Shown here: piece by piece, positions 50,338 through 59,420 of the stretch
Position numbering within the stretch: the stretch's first letter is position 1
Layout of the letters: each line of letters opens with the position of its first letter
Sequence record: SRR31156797_2854
Direction: 5' to 3' (one strand)
Length of the DNA stretch: 64,000 bases
The notes under the pieces: generated by a model
The model's input: only the letters and a program-made list of their open reading frames with translations
The model's database searches: none
Told to the model about the DNA's origin: nothing
Program-made: the position numbers and the translations under genes

Positions 50338-51637
50338 CGGTTACGATGGTTTTACTTTTCTTGGTTTTCTGACGGGCACCGGCTTTTTTAAGCGAATCTT
50401 TGGCCTGTTCGCTATTCAGGAATTCGTTTTTAAGTGCGTCAGCCTGATCGGCATTGGATGGCGACCACGCCACAACAAACCCGGCAATATCGTGACCTGA
50501 AATGGGGTGTTTGGCTTTCCATTGTCTTACCTCAAAAGTTGCCAGGTTAAGGGTACTTTCTTTCGATTCCACGGCCTGTTCCCATTTCTGCCTGCTGTAA
50601 TATGCCTGATCACCATCGTCGTATTCTTTCAGCTTTTCAACATTGGTCAACGATTCGTTGGCTACCAGATCTTCAGCCACGAAATTTTTAATGTTGTTCA
50701 CTGCTTTTAGCCTGGCCTGGCTGTATGCCCGTGAAAAGGCAGCCGATTGTCTGGATGAAGTGGTACGTACTTCCTGTTGGCCGTAACCAAATACTACCAT
50801 CTCGCCATCGCTGTTAAAGGTAACCTGTGATCCCATTTTACCAACCAGGTCTTCGGCGGGCATATTTTTCACCTTATCCAGGCTGTTTTTTACTTTGGTT
50901 ACCGGAATTTGATATTCGGAGTGATTTTTAATTATCGAAGCCAGGGACTGATATTCAGGTGAATATTTCATACAAATGGCAATCTGATAATCGTCATTTC
51001 CGGCATCGCCTTCTGCAATCATTATTGTGGCACAGCCTTTCACCATACCTGCAACAAGTGATTTTACCGTTTGATTGAATTCCTGTTCATACACTACCTG
51101 CTTTTCAGAAGCATTCATCTTATCAATCTCATCTTTGGAGACCCCTAAATATTCCAGGGCATTATCCAGTGATTTATCAACCACCTTGGCAGCTTTTTCG
51201 AGCAATGAAGCTTTTTGACTGGCATCCGGATCTTCGCCCTCAATAATGTCTTCGAGCATTGTAAATCCACGTCCCGAGGTGATTTGTTCACCAGCCATCC
51301 TGAGCAGATTCATTTTGGCAGTAAGCTCGGCAATATTGTATGCCACATCCCTGCTGTTAACGAAACCCGTCATATTGCTCGGCCTGGCTGTAGTAGCCGA
51401 AGCAATAACATAAATGGAGCCGTCATCATTAATCGATCCAAGGGATTTTCCTTTGCGTTGCAATATTCCTGTAACAGTTTCCCGGAGAACATCTTCCGGA
51501 TATTCCACCATTTCGGTTGTCACTTCCTGTGTTTCCTGCACTGCCGGCGAATTAGCAATATCAGCAGGATTCTGTGCACTGAGGACAAGCACAAACGTAA
51601 ATAGACCCAGTAATAAAGTTAACTTTTTCATGTTCAT
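50318..51637 (-). CDS. Secreted DUF6844-like protein with LPP20-like helices
   Basis: Signal peptide; SRDVAYNIAELTAK and AYSQARLKAVNNIKNFV motifs. Confidence 0.6.
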   Translation of the reverse strand: MNMKKLTLLLGLFTFVLVLSAQNPADIANSPAVQETQEVTTEMVEYPEDVLRETVTGILQRKGKSLGSINDDGSIYVIASATTARPSNMTGFVNSRDVAYNIAELTAKMNLLRMAGEQITSGRGFTMLEDIIEGEDPDASQKASLLEKAAKVVDKSLDNALEYLGVSKDEIDKMNASEKQVVYEQEFNQTVKSLVAGMVKGCATIMIAEGDAGNDDYQIAICMKYSPEYQSLASIIKNHSEYQIPVTKVKNSLDKVKNMPAEDLVGKMGSQVTFNSDGEMVVFGYGQQEVRTTSSRQSAAFSRAYSQARLKAVNNIKNFVAEDLVANESLTNVEKLKEYDDGDQAYYSRQKWEQAVESKESTLNLATFEVRQWKAKHPISGHDIAGFVVAWSPSNADQADALKNEFLNSEQAKDSLKKAGARQKTKKSKTIVTGEEDDF

Positions 51638-51722
51638 GGTTTTTGTATTGTGTAAATATCTAATTGTAATAATTTCTAAATCCTACAGGATATACCATTC
51701 CCGCTAAAACCCCTGTGTTGCC

Positions 51723-52187
51723 TCAAAGTTGAACTTTTCTGTAAAGTGCATAAAAAAATAATGACCTGTCTTCGGAATACCAAAATCCGGCAGGCCGCAT
51801 TGATTGTACAAAGCCTTCCGAATCTTCCCGGATCTTTTCCACAAAAGTATCAACTGTATTTACATAGGAAGAATCATTAACCGTAACCAGTTCCTCTTTG
51901 AAATAGGATTTGGTACTGGAGGTTATATTAGATCCATTAATGAAAGTGGCAATCTCCCGTTCGGCTTTAACTTTACCAACCCGGATCAGGCTCGATATTC
52001 TTTTGTCCCCCGCTTCTACTGCGGCAACCCCTGCCAGGTAAGACGTATCGTTGACCTTGATCAGGTCGCATCCGCCAAAGGATAAAATCTGATTACTTTT
52101 GATAGCCTGAAGTATTTTGTTGTCCTCCTGCTGTGCAAAAAGTACTAGGGGAAACAATAAGATTATTAAGAAGTATCGCTTGATCAT
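51723..52187 (-). CDS. Small secreted LPP20-like protein
   Basis: Signal peptide; RVGKVKAEREIATFINGSNITSST; TACATTTG box at 52211-52218. Confidence 0.6.
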   Translation of the reverse strand: MIKRYFLIILLFPLVLFAQQEDNKILQAIKSNQILSFGGCDLIKVNDTSYLAGVAAVEAGDKRISSLIRVGKVKAEREIATFINGSNITSSTKSYFKEELVTVNDSSYVNTVDTFVEKIREDSEGFVQSMRPAGFWYSEDRSLFFYALYRKVQL

Positions 52188-52526
52188 TTCACTTTTTTAA
52201 GATATTTTCACAAATGTAAAAGTTTTTTTATTGAAGTGCCGATGCATCTATTGAAAAATAAATTTGATTCCAAAAACAAATTTTGATTTTATCGGGGATG
52301 TGAATACAATTCAATATTGTAATTAGCTGAAACATGCATGTTTATATGATACAGGCCTGTGAAGCAACGCTACAGTCATGATTATTTTTTATATTTAAGA
52401 ATGAAGAGAACCAATTTTGTAAAACAACCTGTAAAATGAAATAATTTTGTTCCCATTCGAATCATGATACATTGACAACGTGTAATTTCAAAATTGAAAT
52501 AATTAGTTTTAGAAAAATATCACCTC

Positions 52527-54371
52527 ATGAAATCCAAAACCATTTTATTACTTTTATTCGTTTCCATTGCATTCCAACTTACTGCTGAAAAAACAAGCCT
52601 CGACCGTGTGGAACCGCCATTCTGGTGGACGGGTATGAAAGTCACCGATCTTCAGTTGCTGGTGTACGGTGAAAACATCTCGACTACACAGCCTTTTATC
52701 GACTATCCCGGAGTGATGACCGTAGGTGTTTCCACCCTCGAAAATCCCAATTACCTTTTCATCGATCTTAATATTGATGAAGATGCGATGCCCGGAAATT
52801 TTGATATTGAATTCAAAAAAGGAAAAAAAACTGTTGAAACATACAAGTACGAGCTTCTGGCCCGAGAACCCGGCTCCGCGCAGCGAAAAGGCTTTGACGA
52901 AAGCGACATCATTTACCTGGTCTTCCCCGACCGTTTTGTTAATGGCGATCCTTCCAACGATTCGCATCCGGAAATGCTCGAGAAATCAGATCCTACAAAT
53001 CCTGATTCCCGTTTTGGCGGCGATTTGCAGGGCGTAATTGATAAACTGGATTACATGGAGGATTTGGGAGTGACAGCACTTTGGCTCAACCCGGTACTCG
53101 AAAATAACCAGGAAGCATATTCATATCACGGCTACGCCATCTCCGATTTTTATCGTGTTGATCCGCGAATGGGAAGCAACGAAGATTTCAAAAAACTCAA
53201 CGCCATGCTCCATGAGCGTGGCATGAAAGCCGTAATGGACATGGTTTTTAACCACTGCGGTATTGGGCACTGGTGGATGGATGACCTGCCGTCGGAAGAC
53301 TGGATTAACCAGTGGCCGGAATATACACGATCCAATTTCAGGGGTGGAACTATTTTTGACCCTTATGCTTCCGATGCCGATCAAAAAAGATTTCACGAAG
53401 GCTGGTTCGACCGGAATATGCCCGATCTGAACCAACGTAACGAATTCCTGATGAATTACCTGATCCAGAACAGCATCTGGTGGATTGAATATGCCGGACT
53501 TGACGGCATCAGGATGGACACATACCCATACCCTTTCAAGGAACCCATGGCCCAATGGGCAAGTCGGGTAACAACTGAATACCCCAATTTCTCGATCGTG
53601 GGCGAAGTATGGATGGGCCAGACCACACATGTTGCACCCTGGGAAGCCAGCCCGGCCACCGAAACCGGATACAGCTCCAATTTACCCTATGTTTTTGACT
53701 TTCCGATGTATGATGCCTTTGGTGTTGCATTCAATGAAGATGATAAGGGATGGAATTCAGGCATGATGAAAATTTATGATGTGCTCACACAGGATTTCCT
53801 CTACGGTGATGAGGTAAGCATCGTAGTATTCCCGGATAACCATGATGGCGACAGGTTATTTTCGAAATTGAACGAAAATCCGGATGCGCAAAAATTGGCC
53901 ATCACATTTCTGCTTACCACCCGTGGTGTGCCCCAAATTTATTATGGTACCGAAATCCTGATGAGTGGCACCGGTCAGCATGGTAAAATGCGGAAAATGT
54001 TTCCGGGTGGATTACCTGATCATGAATCGGATAAATTTACGGAATCAGGCCGTACTTCAGAGGAGCAGGAAATGTTTGAGCATCTGACCACCCTCACCAA
54101 CTGGCGAAAAAACAAGGAAGTAATCCACACCGGAAAACTGAAGCACTTCATCCCTGAAAACAACATGTACATATATTTCAGGTATAACAATGACGATGTG
54201 GTGATGGTGGTATTGAACAACAAAGATAAAGCTCAGCAGCTGAATTCAGAAAGATTTACTGAAGTTATTGAAGATATCCATTCCGGAAAAAACATCCTTG
54301 ACGGCAAAACTTACAACCTTTACGACTTAACCATACCAGCCAAAAGTGGCATGGTACTCGAACTCAAATAA
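52527..54371 (+). CDS. GH13 neopullulanase/cyclomaltodextrinase (SusA-like)
   Basis: RVEPPFWWTGM, PDRFVNGDPSND, DMVFNH, GIRMDT, VGEVW, DNHD. Confidence 0.92.
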   Translation: MKSKTILLLLFVSIAFQLTAEKTSLDRVEPPFWWTGMKVTDLQLLVYGENISTTQPFIDYPGVMTVGVSTLENPNYLFIDLNIDEDAMPGNFDIEFKKGKKTVETYKYELLAREPGSAQRKGFDESDIIYLVFPDRFVNGDPSNDSHPEMLEKSDPTNPDSRFGGDLQGVIDKLDYMEDLGVTALWLNPVLENNQEAYSYHGYAISDFYRVDPRMGSNEDFKKLNAMLHERGMKAVMDMVFNHCGIGHWWMDDLPSEDWINQWPEYTRSNFRGGTIFDPYASDADQKRFHEGWFDRNMPDLNQRNEFLMNYLIQNSIWWIEYAGLDGIRMDTYPYPFKEPMAQWASRVTTEYPNFSIVGEVWMGQTTHVAPWEASPATETGYSSNLPYVFDFPMYDAFGVAFNEDDKGWNSGMMKIYDVLTQDFLYGDEVSIVVFPDNHDGDRLFSKLNENPDAQKLAITFLLTTRGVPQIYYGTEILMSGTGQHGKMRKMFPGGLPDHESDKFTESGRTSEEQEMFEHLTTLTNWRKNKEVIHTGKLKHFIPENNMYIYFRYNNDDVVMVVLNNKDKAQQLNSERFTEVIEDIHSGKNILDGKTYNLYDLTIPAKSGMVLELK

Positions 54372-54391
54372 ACTGAATAAATAACCAATTT

Positions 54392-56674
54392 ATGATAAAC
54401 AGGAATCCACTACATCCAGGCTCAAAAAATTCCATTTCAAAGTCTATTCCGACAGCAATTTTACTGTTTATGATGTCTGTTATAGTGATTCCTTTGTTGG
54501 CACAACCAAACTTTCCCGAGGATGGGGAGGTTTTCAGGGATGATGTGGTGGGGCGCATCGACATTACCATAAATCCGGATACCCTGGAATGGATTTACGA
54601 TAATCCCGATAGCAATATCGAATGGCGTGCTACCTTCGAATTTAACAATGGCACCGTCCATGATACAATCGAAAACATCGGGTTCAGGTTGCGGGGAAAT
54701 ACATCACGGTATTCGGCCAAGAAATCCTTTAAGGTGTCATTCAATACATTCGAAAGTGGACGGAAATATTACGGTTTGGAAAAAATGAACCTGAACGGTG
54801 AGCACAACGACCCAACGGTAGCCCGTTCAAAGATCAGCTGGGACCTTTGCAAAAGCCTGGGAATACCGGCTTCGCGCTCAAACTACCAGGAAGTGTACAT
54901 CAACGGATACTACCATGGACTATACATTAATGTTGAACACATTGATGAAGAATTTGTGGATAAACGATTCGACAACCAGGATGGAAACCTCTACAAATGC
55001 CTGTGGCCCGCCGATTTGAATTACCTGGGCAGCGAACCTGATCTGTATAAATTTGATCAGGGTGGCCGTAGAGCCTACGCCCTCAAAACCAACACTGAGC
55101 AGGACGATTACACCGATATAGCCCATTTTATTGATGTACTCAATAATACCCCGATTGACGACCTGGCCTGCGAACTGGAAGAAGTTTTTAATGTGCAGGA
55201 TTATCTGAAAGTGGCTGCACTGGATGTGTTCATTTCAAACTGGGATGGATACATCTGGAATAAAAACAACTTTTACCTTTACCACAACACCGAAACAGGT
55301 AAGTTCGAATATATACCCTACGATCTGGATAATACTTATGGAATTGATTGGTTTGGCGAAAACTGGGCTGACCGGGACATTTACAATTGGGACAACTCCG
55401 GGGAATACCGCCCGCTTTATGAACGGCTGTTGGAAGTTCCAAAATACAAAGACTGGTTCTCCTATTATCTGAACCAATGTATGGAAATCATGCAACCGGA
55501 TGTTTATTTCGATCGGCTGGACGAAATCCGTGATCAGATTTATCCCTCAATTTTGGATGATGACTTCTACACCTACGATTACGGATTTAGCCCCAACGAT
55601 TTTTTACAGGCTTTTGAAACCGGCCTGGGGATGCATGTCGCGGTGGGCATTAAAGAATACATAGAAGCCAGGATAAATTCTGCAAACATTCAGATCGACC
55701 TGAATAATATTCAACCCATCATCAACTACCTGAACGTGGAACAAAACGGGCCGGGCGGAACCTTTGAAGTTTCGGTTTATGCTTTTGATGATGAGGATGA
55801 CCTTGTGGTGAATTTGCGATATAACTATAATTACACCGGCTGGGAAACGCTTGCACTATCGGAAGATGAAGGACATTTTATTGGAGAAATTGAGATTCCC
55901 GCGGGTAGTTCCAAACTATTCTTCCATATTGAAGCGGAAGATGCCTCCGGACAAACCGCTTATCTGCCTTGCGAACCCTACGAAATTAATTTCGGGCCGG
56001 GTGAGGATTACGAGTTATACATCAACGAATTCCTGGCCAGCAATGCCACCACCAATACCGATGAAGCCGGTGAATACGACGACTGGCTGGAAATTTACAA
56101 TGCCGGCTCGGACCCGGTTTGGCTGGGCGATAAATATTTAAGCGATAACTTCAACAATACCGATAAATGGCAATTCCCTGATTACACCATCCAACCTGAA
56201 GAATACGTGTTGGTTTGGTGCGACGAAGACCAGGACCAGGGGCCATTCCATACCAATTTTAAAATCTCGGCCGATGGTGAAGAACTGGGGATTTTTAATA
56301 ATGCTTCCACCGGGTTTGCTCCCATCGATACATTATCATTTGGCGAACAAACCACCGACATTTCCTTTGGCCGTAATCCTGATGCTGGTGAAAACTGGAT
56401 ATTTTATGAGTACCCCACACCCGGAATCAGCAATATGCTGAGTGCTTCAACCGAACTGGGTTCTATCAGAGAAAGATTATACGTTTATCCGAACCCGGTT
56501 TCGGGCAACACCGTATTTATCAGTGAAATTGCTGACTATTCAATTTTTAGCAATTCGGGCGGGTTAGTTCTGGAAATGAAAAATACAAATAAACTGTCTG
56601 TCAATGAACTTCCAACAGGTTTGTATATCGTTCGGAACAGCAAGGGACAAGCTTTCAAATTAGTGAGGCAATAG
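54392..56674 (+). CDS. CotH kinase-family protein with lamin-tail domain and T9SS C-terminal domain
   Basis: GFRLRGNTSR, KKSFKVSF, NWDGY..NKNNFYLY, PYDLDNTYG, INEFLASN..DWLEIYN, VYPNP. Confidence 0.88.
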   Translation: MINRNPLHPGSKNSISKSIPTAILLFMMSVIVIPLLAQPNFPEDGEVFRDDVVGRIDITINPDTLEWIYDNPDSNIEWRATFEFNNGTVHDTIENIGFRLRGNTSRYSAKKSFKVSFNTFESGRKYYGLEKMNLNGEHNDPTVARSKISWDLCKSLGIPASRSNYQEVYINGYYHGLYINVEHIDEEFVDKRFDNQDGNLYKCLWPADLNYLGSEPDLYKFDQGGRRAYALKTNTEQDDYTDIAHFIDVLNNTPIDDLACELEEVFNVQDYLKVAALDVFISNWDGYIWNKNNFYLYHNTETGKFEYIPYDLDNTYGIDWFGENWADRDIYNWDNSGEYRPLYERLLEVPKYKDWFSYYLNQCMEIMQPDVYFDRLDEIRDQIYPSILDDDFYTYDYGFSPNDFLQAFETGLGMHVAVGIKEYIEARINSANIQIDLNNIQPIINYLNVEQNGPGGTFEVSVYAFDDEDDLVVNLRYNYNYTGWETLALSEDEGHFIGEIEIPAGSSKLFFHIEAEDASGQTAYLPCEPYEINFGPGEDYELYINEFLASNATTNTDEAGEYDDWLEIYNAGSDPVWLGDKYLSDNFNNTDKWQFPDYTIQPEEYVLVWCDEDQDQGPFHTNFKISADGEELGIFNNASTGFAPIDTLSFGEQTTDISFGRNPDAGENWIFYEYPTPGISNMLSASTELGSIRERLYVYPNPVSGNTVFISEIADYSIFSNSGGLVLEMKNTNKLSVNELPTGLYIVRNSKGQAFKLVRQ

Positions 56675-56700
56675 AAAATCAATCAGAAATACTTGCACAT

Positions 56701-57975
56701 ATGTTACCATTTCAACAGAAGCTTAACAACCTTTTTTACGTAATACTCGGCCTGCCAGCTACGGCCATGGGCTTTGGCCTCTCCATCCAGATTGCAGTGC
56801 TGAGCTGGATTTTGCGTACACAATACAACCTCGACATCCATGAAATCGGGATTGTTTGGGCAGCAGGCCCCATTGCCGGCATAATAGGGCAGCCCATTGT
56901 GGGTTTGATCAGTGATGGCGTATGGTTTTGGGGTGGCCGCCGCCGGCCGTTTATTTTTATTGGCGGCGTACTTGCAGCACTTTCCATTTTCGCTTTACCA
57001 AACATCGGGCTCATCAGTGAAAGCCTGGGCATCGAAAGTATTATGGCCGTTGCCATAACGGTGGCACTCACACTCGATCTTTCCATAAACATCAGCTTTA
57101 ACCCCACCAGGGCTATTATCGCAGATGTAACCCCCGATGGCTCTCCCCGAACGAAAGGCTACACCTGGATGCAGGCCATCTCCAACTTTTTTGGTGCAGG
57201 TGCCTACCTGGTAGCGGCCCTGCTCGGAAATTTCACACTCATTTATATCGGTGTTGTGGTGGTGTTTCTGTTTTCGGTGATTCCCATGCTTTTTATCGAA
57301 GAGCCCCGAAACCTGAAATCTGTAGAAGATGAAAACGTAAAAGCCACCCGCACCGACTGGGTAGATCTGTTTAAGATATATTTTGCACATGCTTTTTCAT
57401 GGTTGGGCATCCAAACCATGTTCATCTATTCCATTGCATTTTTTGAGCAGCGGTTCCAAACCAATGATGCCGCATATCTTGGATCAATTATTGGCTGGTC
57501 ATTTTTCATCCTGAATGCAGCAGGCGCAGTATTCCCCATTATTTTCCTGGAACCACTATCCAAAAAAATCGGAAAGGTAAAAACACACATGATCTCGGTA
57601 GCCTCCATGTCCTTTGGATATTTCCTCATCGTTTGGCTGGTCAGGGACACCTTCACCATGTACATGATCTTTATCCTGTTGAGTTTGGGATGGGCTGCAG
57701 TGGTTAGCCTGCCATTTGCCATCATGACCGAGAAAGTGAACAAGATGAAAATGGGTTTTTTCATGGGGATTTTTAATCTTTCGGTGGTAATACCTCAGCT
57801 CGGTGCCAGCTTTGTAATCGGCTATTATATCGAGCATGCCCAAAACAAAACCCTCGTCTACTGGATTGCAGCCATATCACTGGCTATCTCTGCCGCACTT
57901 TGGATTCTGGTAAAAGAAAAAAGTGCCCATGAAATTGGGGATGAAAAGCAGGTGGTTTCTTCAGGTAGTCATTAA
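56701..57975 (+). CDS. MFS sugar (maltose/sucrose SLC45-like) transporter
   Basis: WAAGPIAGIIGQPIVGLISD, GRRRPF, MGIFNLSVVIPQ; about 12 TM segments. Confidence 0.9.
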   Translation: MLPFQQKLNNLFYVILGLPATAMGFGLSIQIAVLSWILRTQYNLDIHEIGIVWAAGPIAGIIGQPIVGLISDGVWFWGGRRRPFIFIGGVLAALSIFALPNIGLISESLGIESIMAVAITVALTLDLSINISFNPTRAIIADVTPDGSPRTKGYTWMQAISNFFGAGAYLVAALLGNFTLIYIGVVVVFLFSVIPMLFIEEPRNLKSVEDENVKATRTDWVDLFKIYFAHAFSWLGIQTMFIYSIAFFEQRFQTNDAAYLGSIIGWSFFILNAAGAVFPIIFLEPLSKKIGKVKTHMISVASMSFGYFLIVWLVRDTFTMYMIFILLSLGWAAVVSLPFAIMTEKVNKMKMGFFMGIFNLSVVIPQLGASFVIGYYIEHAQNKTLVYWIAAISLAISAALWILVKEKSAHEIGDEKQVVSSGSH

Positions 57976-58004
57976 TTTTTTTAACTTTGAAAAAACTATA
58001 AACC

Positions 58005-58271
58005 ATGAAAAACATCACGATTCCAATAGAGATACCAGCCGAAATTTTAATTGCACTAAATAATTCTGAACAGGAACTGATGGAGCAATTCCGCGCCTGT
58101 GCAGCAGCAATGTTATTTCAGGATGGTAAGTTATCACTAGGCATGGCTATTAAATTATCAGGTATGGATCGTTACGATTTCGAAAAATTTCTGGCAAAAA
58201 AGAAAATACCTGTTTCAAATCTATCCATAGACGAGGTTTTAAAAGATGTTGAAAAGCTGAAAAATCTTTAA
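58005..58271 (+). CDS. UPF0175-family putative antitoxin
   Basis: LFQDGKLSLGMAIKLSGMDRYDFEKFL; own TAACTTTG box at 57982-57989. Confidence 0.85.
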   Translation: MKNITIPIEIPAEILIALNNSEQELMEQFRACAAAMLFQDGKLSLGMAIKLSGMDRYDFEKFLAKKKIPVSNLSIDEVLKDVEKLKNL

Positions 58272-58275
58272 TCAA

Positions 58276-58758
58276 ATGTTGATTATTGCCGATACTGGTG
58301 CCCTGATATCTTTGGGTCACATTGAAAAGCTTTTTTTGATTGAAGAAATTTTTGGAGAGGTTTTAATTCCGGAAGTCGTTTGGAATGAACTAAAGTCGTA
58401 CAGACATCCGGATTTCAATAAATCCAATGTTAGGTATTTTGTCGATAAAATAAAACACACAAAATCAATTAATTATTTTAAGCATATAATTGATATCGGC
58501 GAATCTGAAGCAATACTTTTGTATAAAGAACTTAATGCCGATTATTTGCTGATAGATGATAAAAAGGCCAGAAGAGTTACTGAATCCCTGGAGATTAAAT
58601 GCATTGGTTCGATTGGTATTTTAATTGAAGCTAAAAACAGAAATCTGATTGAACGATTAAAACCTCTTTTTGAGCTATGGTTGAAACGCAATAGATATTT
58701 CTCTAAACTTTTTCTGAATTCAATTTTAGTGAAGTTTGGTGAGGGGGAAATCCTATAA
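58276..58758 (+). CDS. DUF3368 PIN-domain putative toxin
   Basis: IIADTGALI, IPEVVWNEL, GESEAILL, LLIDDKKAR, GSIGIL. Confidence 0.88.
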   Translation: MLIIADTGALISLGHIEKLFLIEEIFGEVLIPEVVWNELKSYRHPDFNKSNVRYFVDKIKHTKSINYFKHIIDIGESEAILLYKELNADYLLIDDKKARRVTESLEIKCIGSIGILIEAKNRNLIERLKPLFELWLKRNRYFSKLFLNSILVKFGEGEIL

Positions 58759-58766
58759 AAATCATT

Positions 58767-59399
58767 ATGATCGGCCAAACCATTACTTTCCAAAATCTCG
58801 ATTACCGGATTATAAAGCTACTCGGCAAGGGCAAAAGTGCCTATTCATGGCTTTGCGAAAATGACCACCATCAGATTGTACTGAAACAAATGCATGATGA
58901 ACCTTGCCCCTACTATGCGTTTTCTGATAAACTGGAATCGGAAATAACGGCCTACCACCAATTGAGAAATCTGAACATTGCAGTACCTGAAATGGTTGGA
59001 TTCGACAAAGATGAAAAATGGATTTTTAAGGAATTTGTTCAAGGCGAATCTGCCGCTCAACAAATAGCACATGGTAAAATTACTGATGAGATATTTGGTC
59101 AGCTTTTTCGATTAGCCAAAAAAGCAAAATATGCCTGTTTTAATCCCGATTACTTTCCCACCAATTTCATCATAAGCCTCGGGAAACTTGTTTACATCGA
59201 CTATGAGTTAAATCCATACGATGAAAAGTGGAACCTGCAGAATTGGGGAATTTTCTATTGGGTGAACCAAAAAGGCATGCAAAAATTTCTGGAAACAGAC
59301 GACGGAAAATACATCAACCAGGATCCTGGCAAAGGAATTCCAATTAAAACCGGTTTAATTGAAAAAGTTGCATCGCTCATTCAAAAATTCGAATCGTGA
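58767..59399 (+). CDS. Small protein-kinase-like fold protein
   Basis: LLGKGKSAYS glycine loop, VLK, helix-C Glu, PDYFPTNF catalytic loop, IDYE. Confidence 0.7.
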   Translation: MIGQTITFQNLDYRIIKLLGKGKSAYSWLCENDHHQIVLKQMHDEPCPYYAFSDKLESEITAYHQLRNLNIAVPEMVGFDKDEKWIFKEFVQGESAAQQIAHGKITDEIFGQLFRLAKKAKYACFNPDYFPTNFIISLGKLVYIDYELNPYDEKWNLQNWGIFYWVNQKGMQKFLETDDGKYINQDPGKGIPIKTGLIEKVASLIQKFES

Positions 59400-59420
59400 A
59401 AATCTAAACTTCATAGGAAT

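Noticed and set aside
52361-52485. LacI-type operators (GCAACGCTAC, ACAACGTGT) upstream of the GH13 gene
   Set aside because: Imperfect palindromes and no LacI regulator in the window; too weak to call
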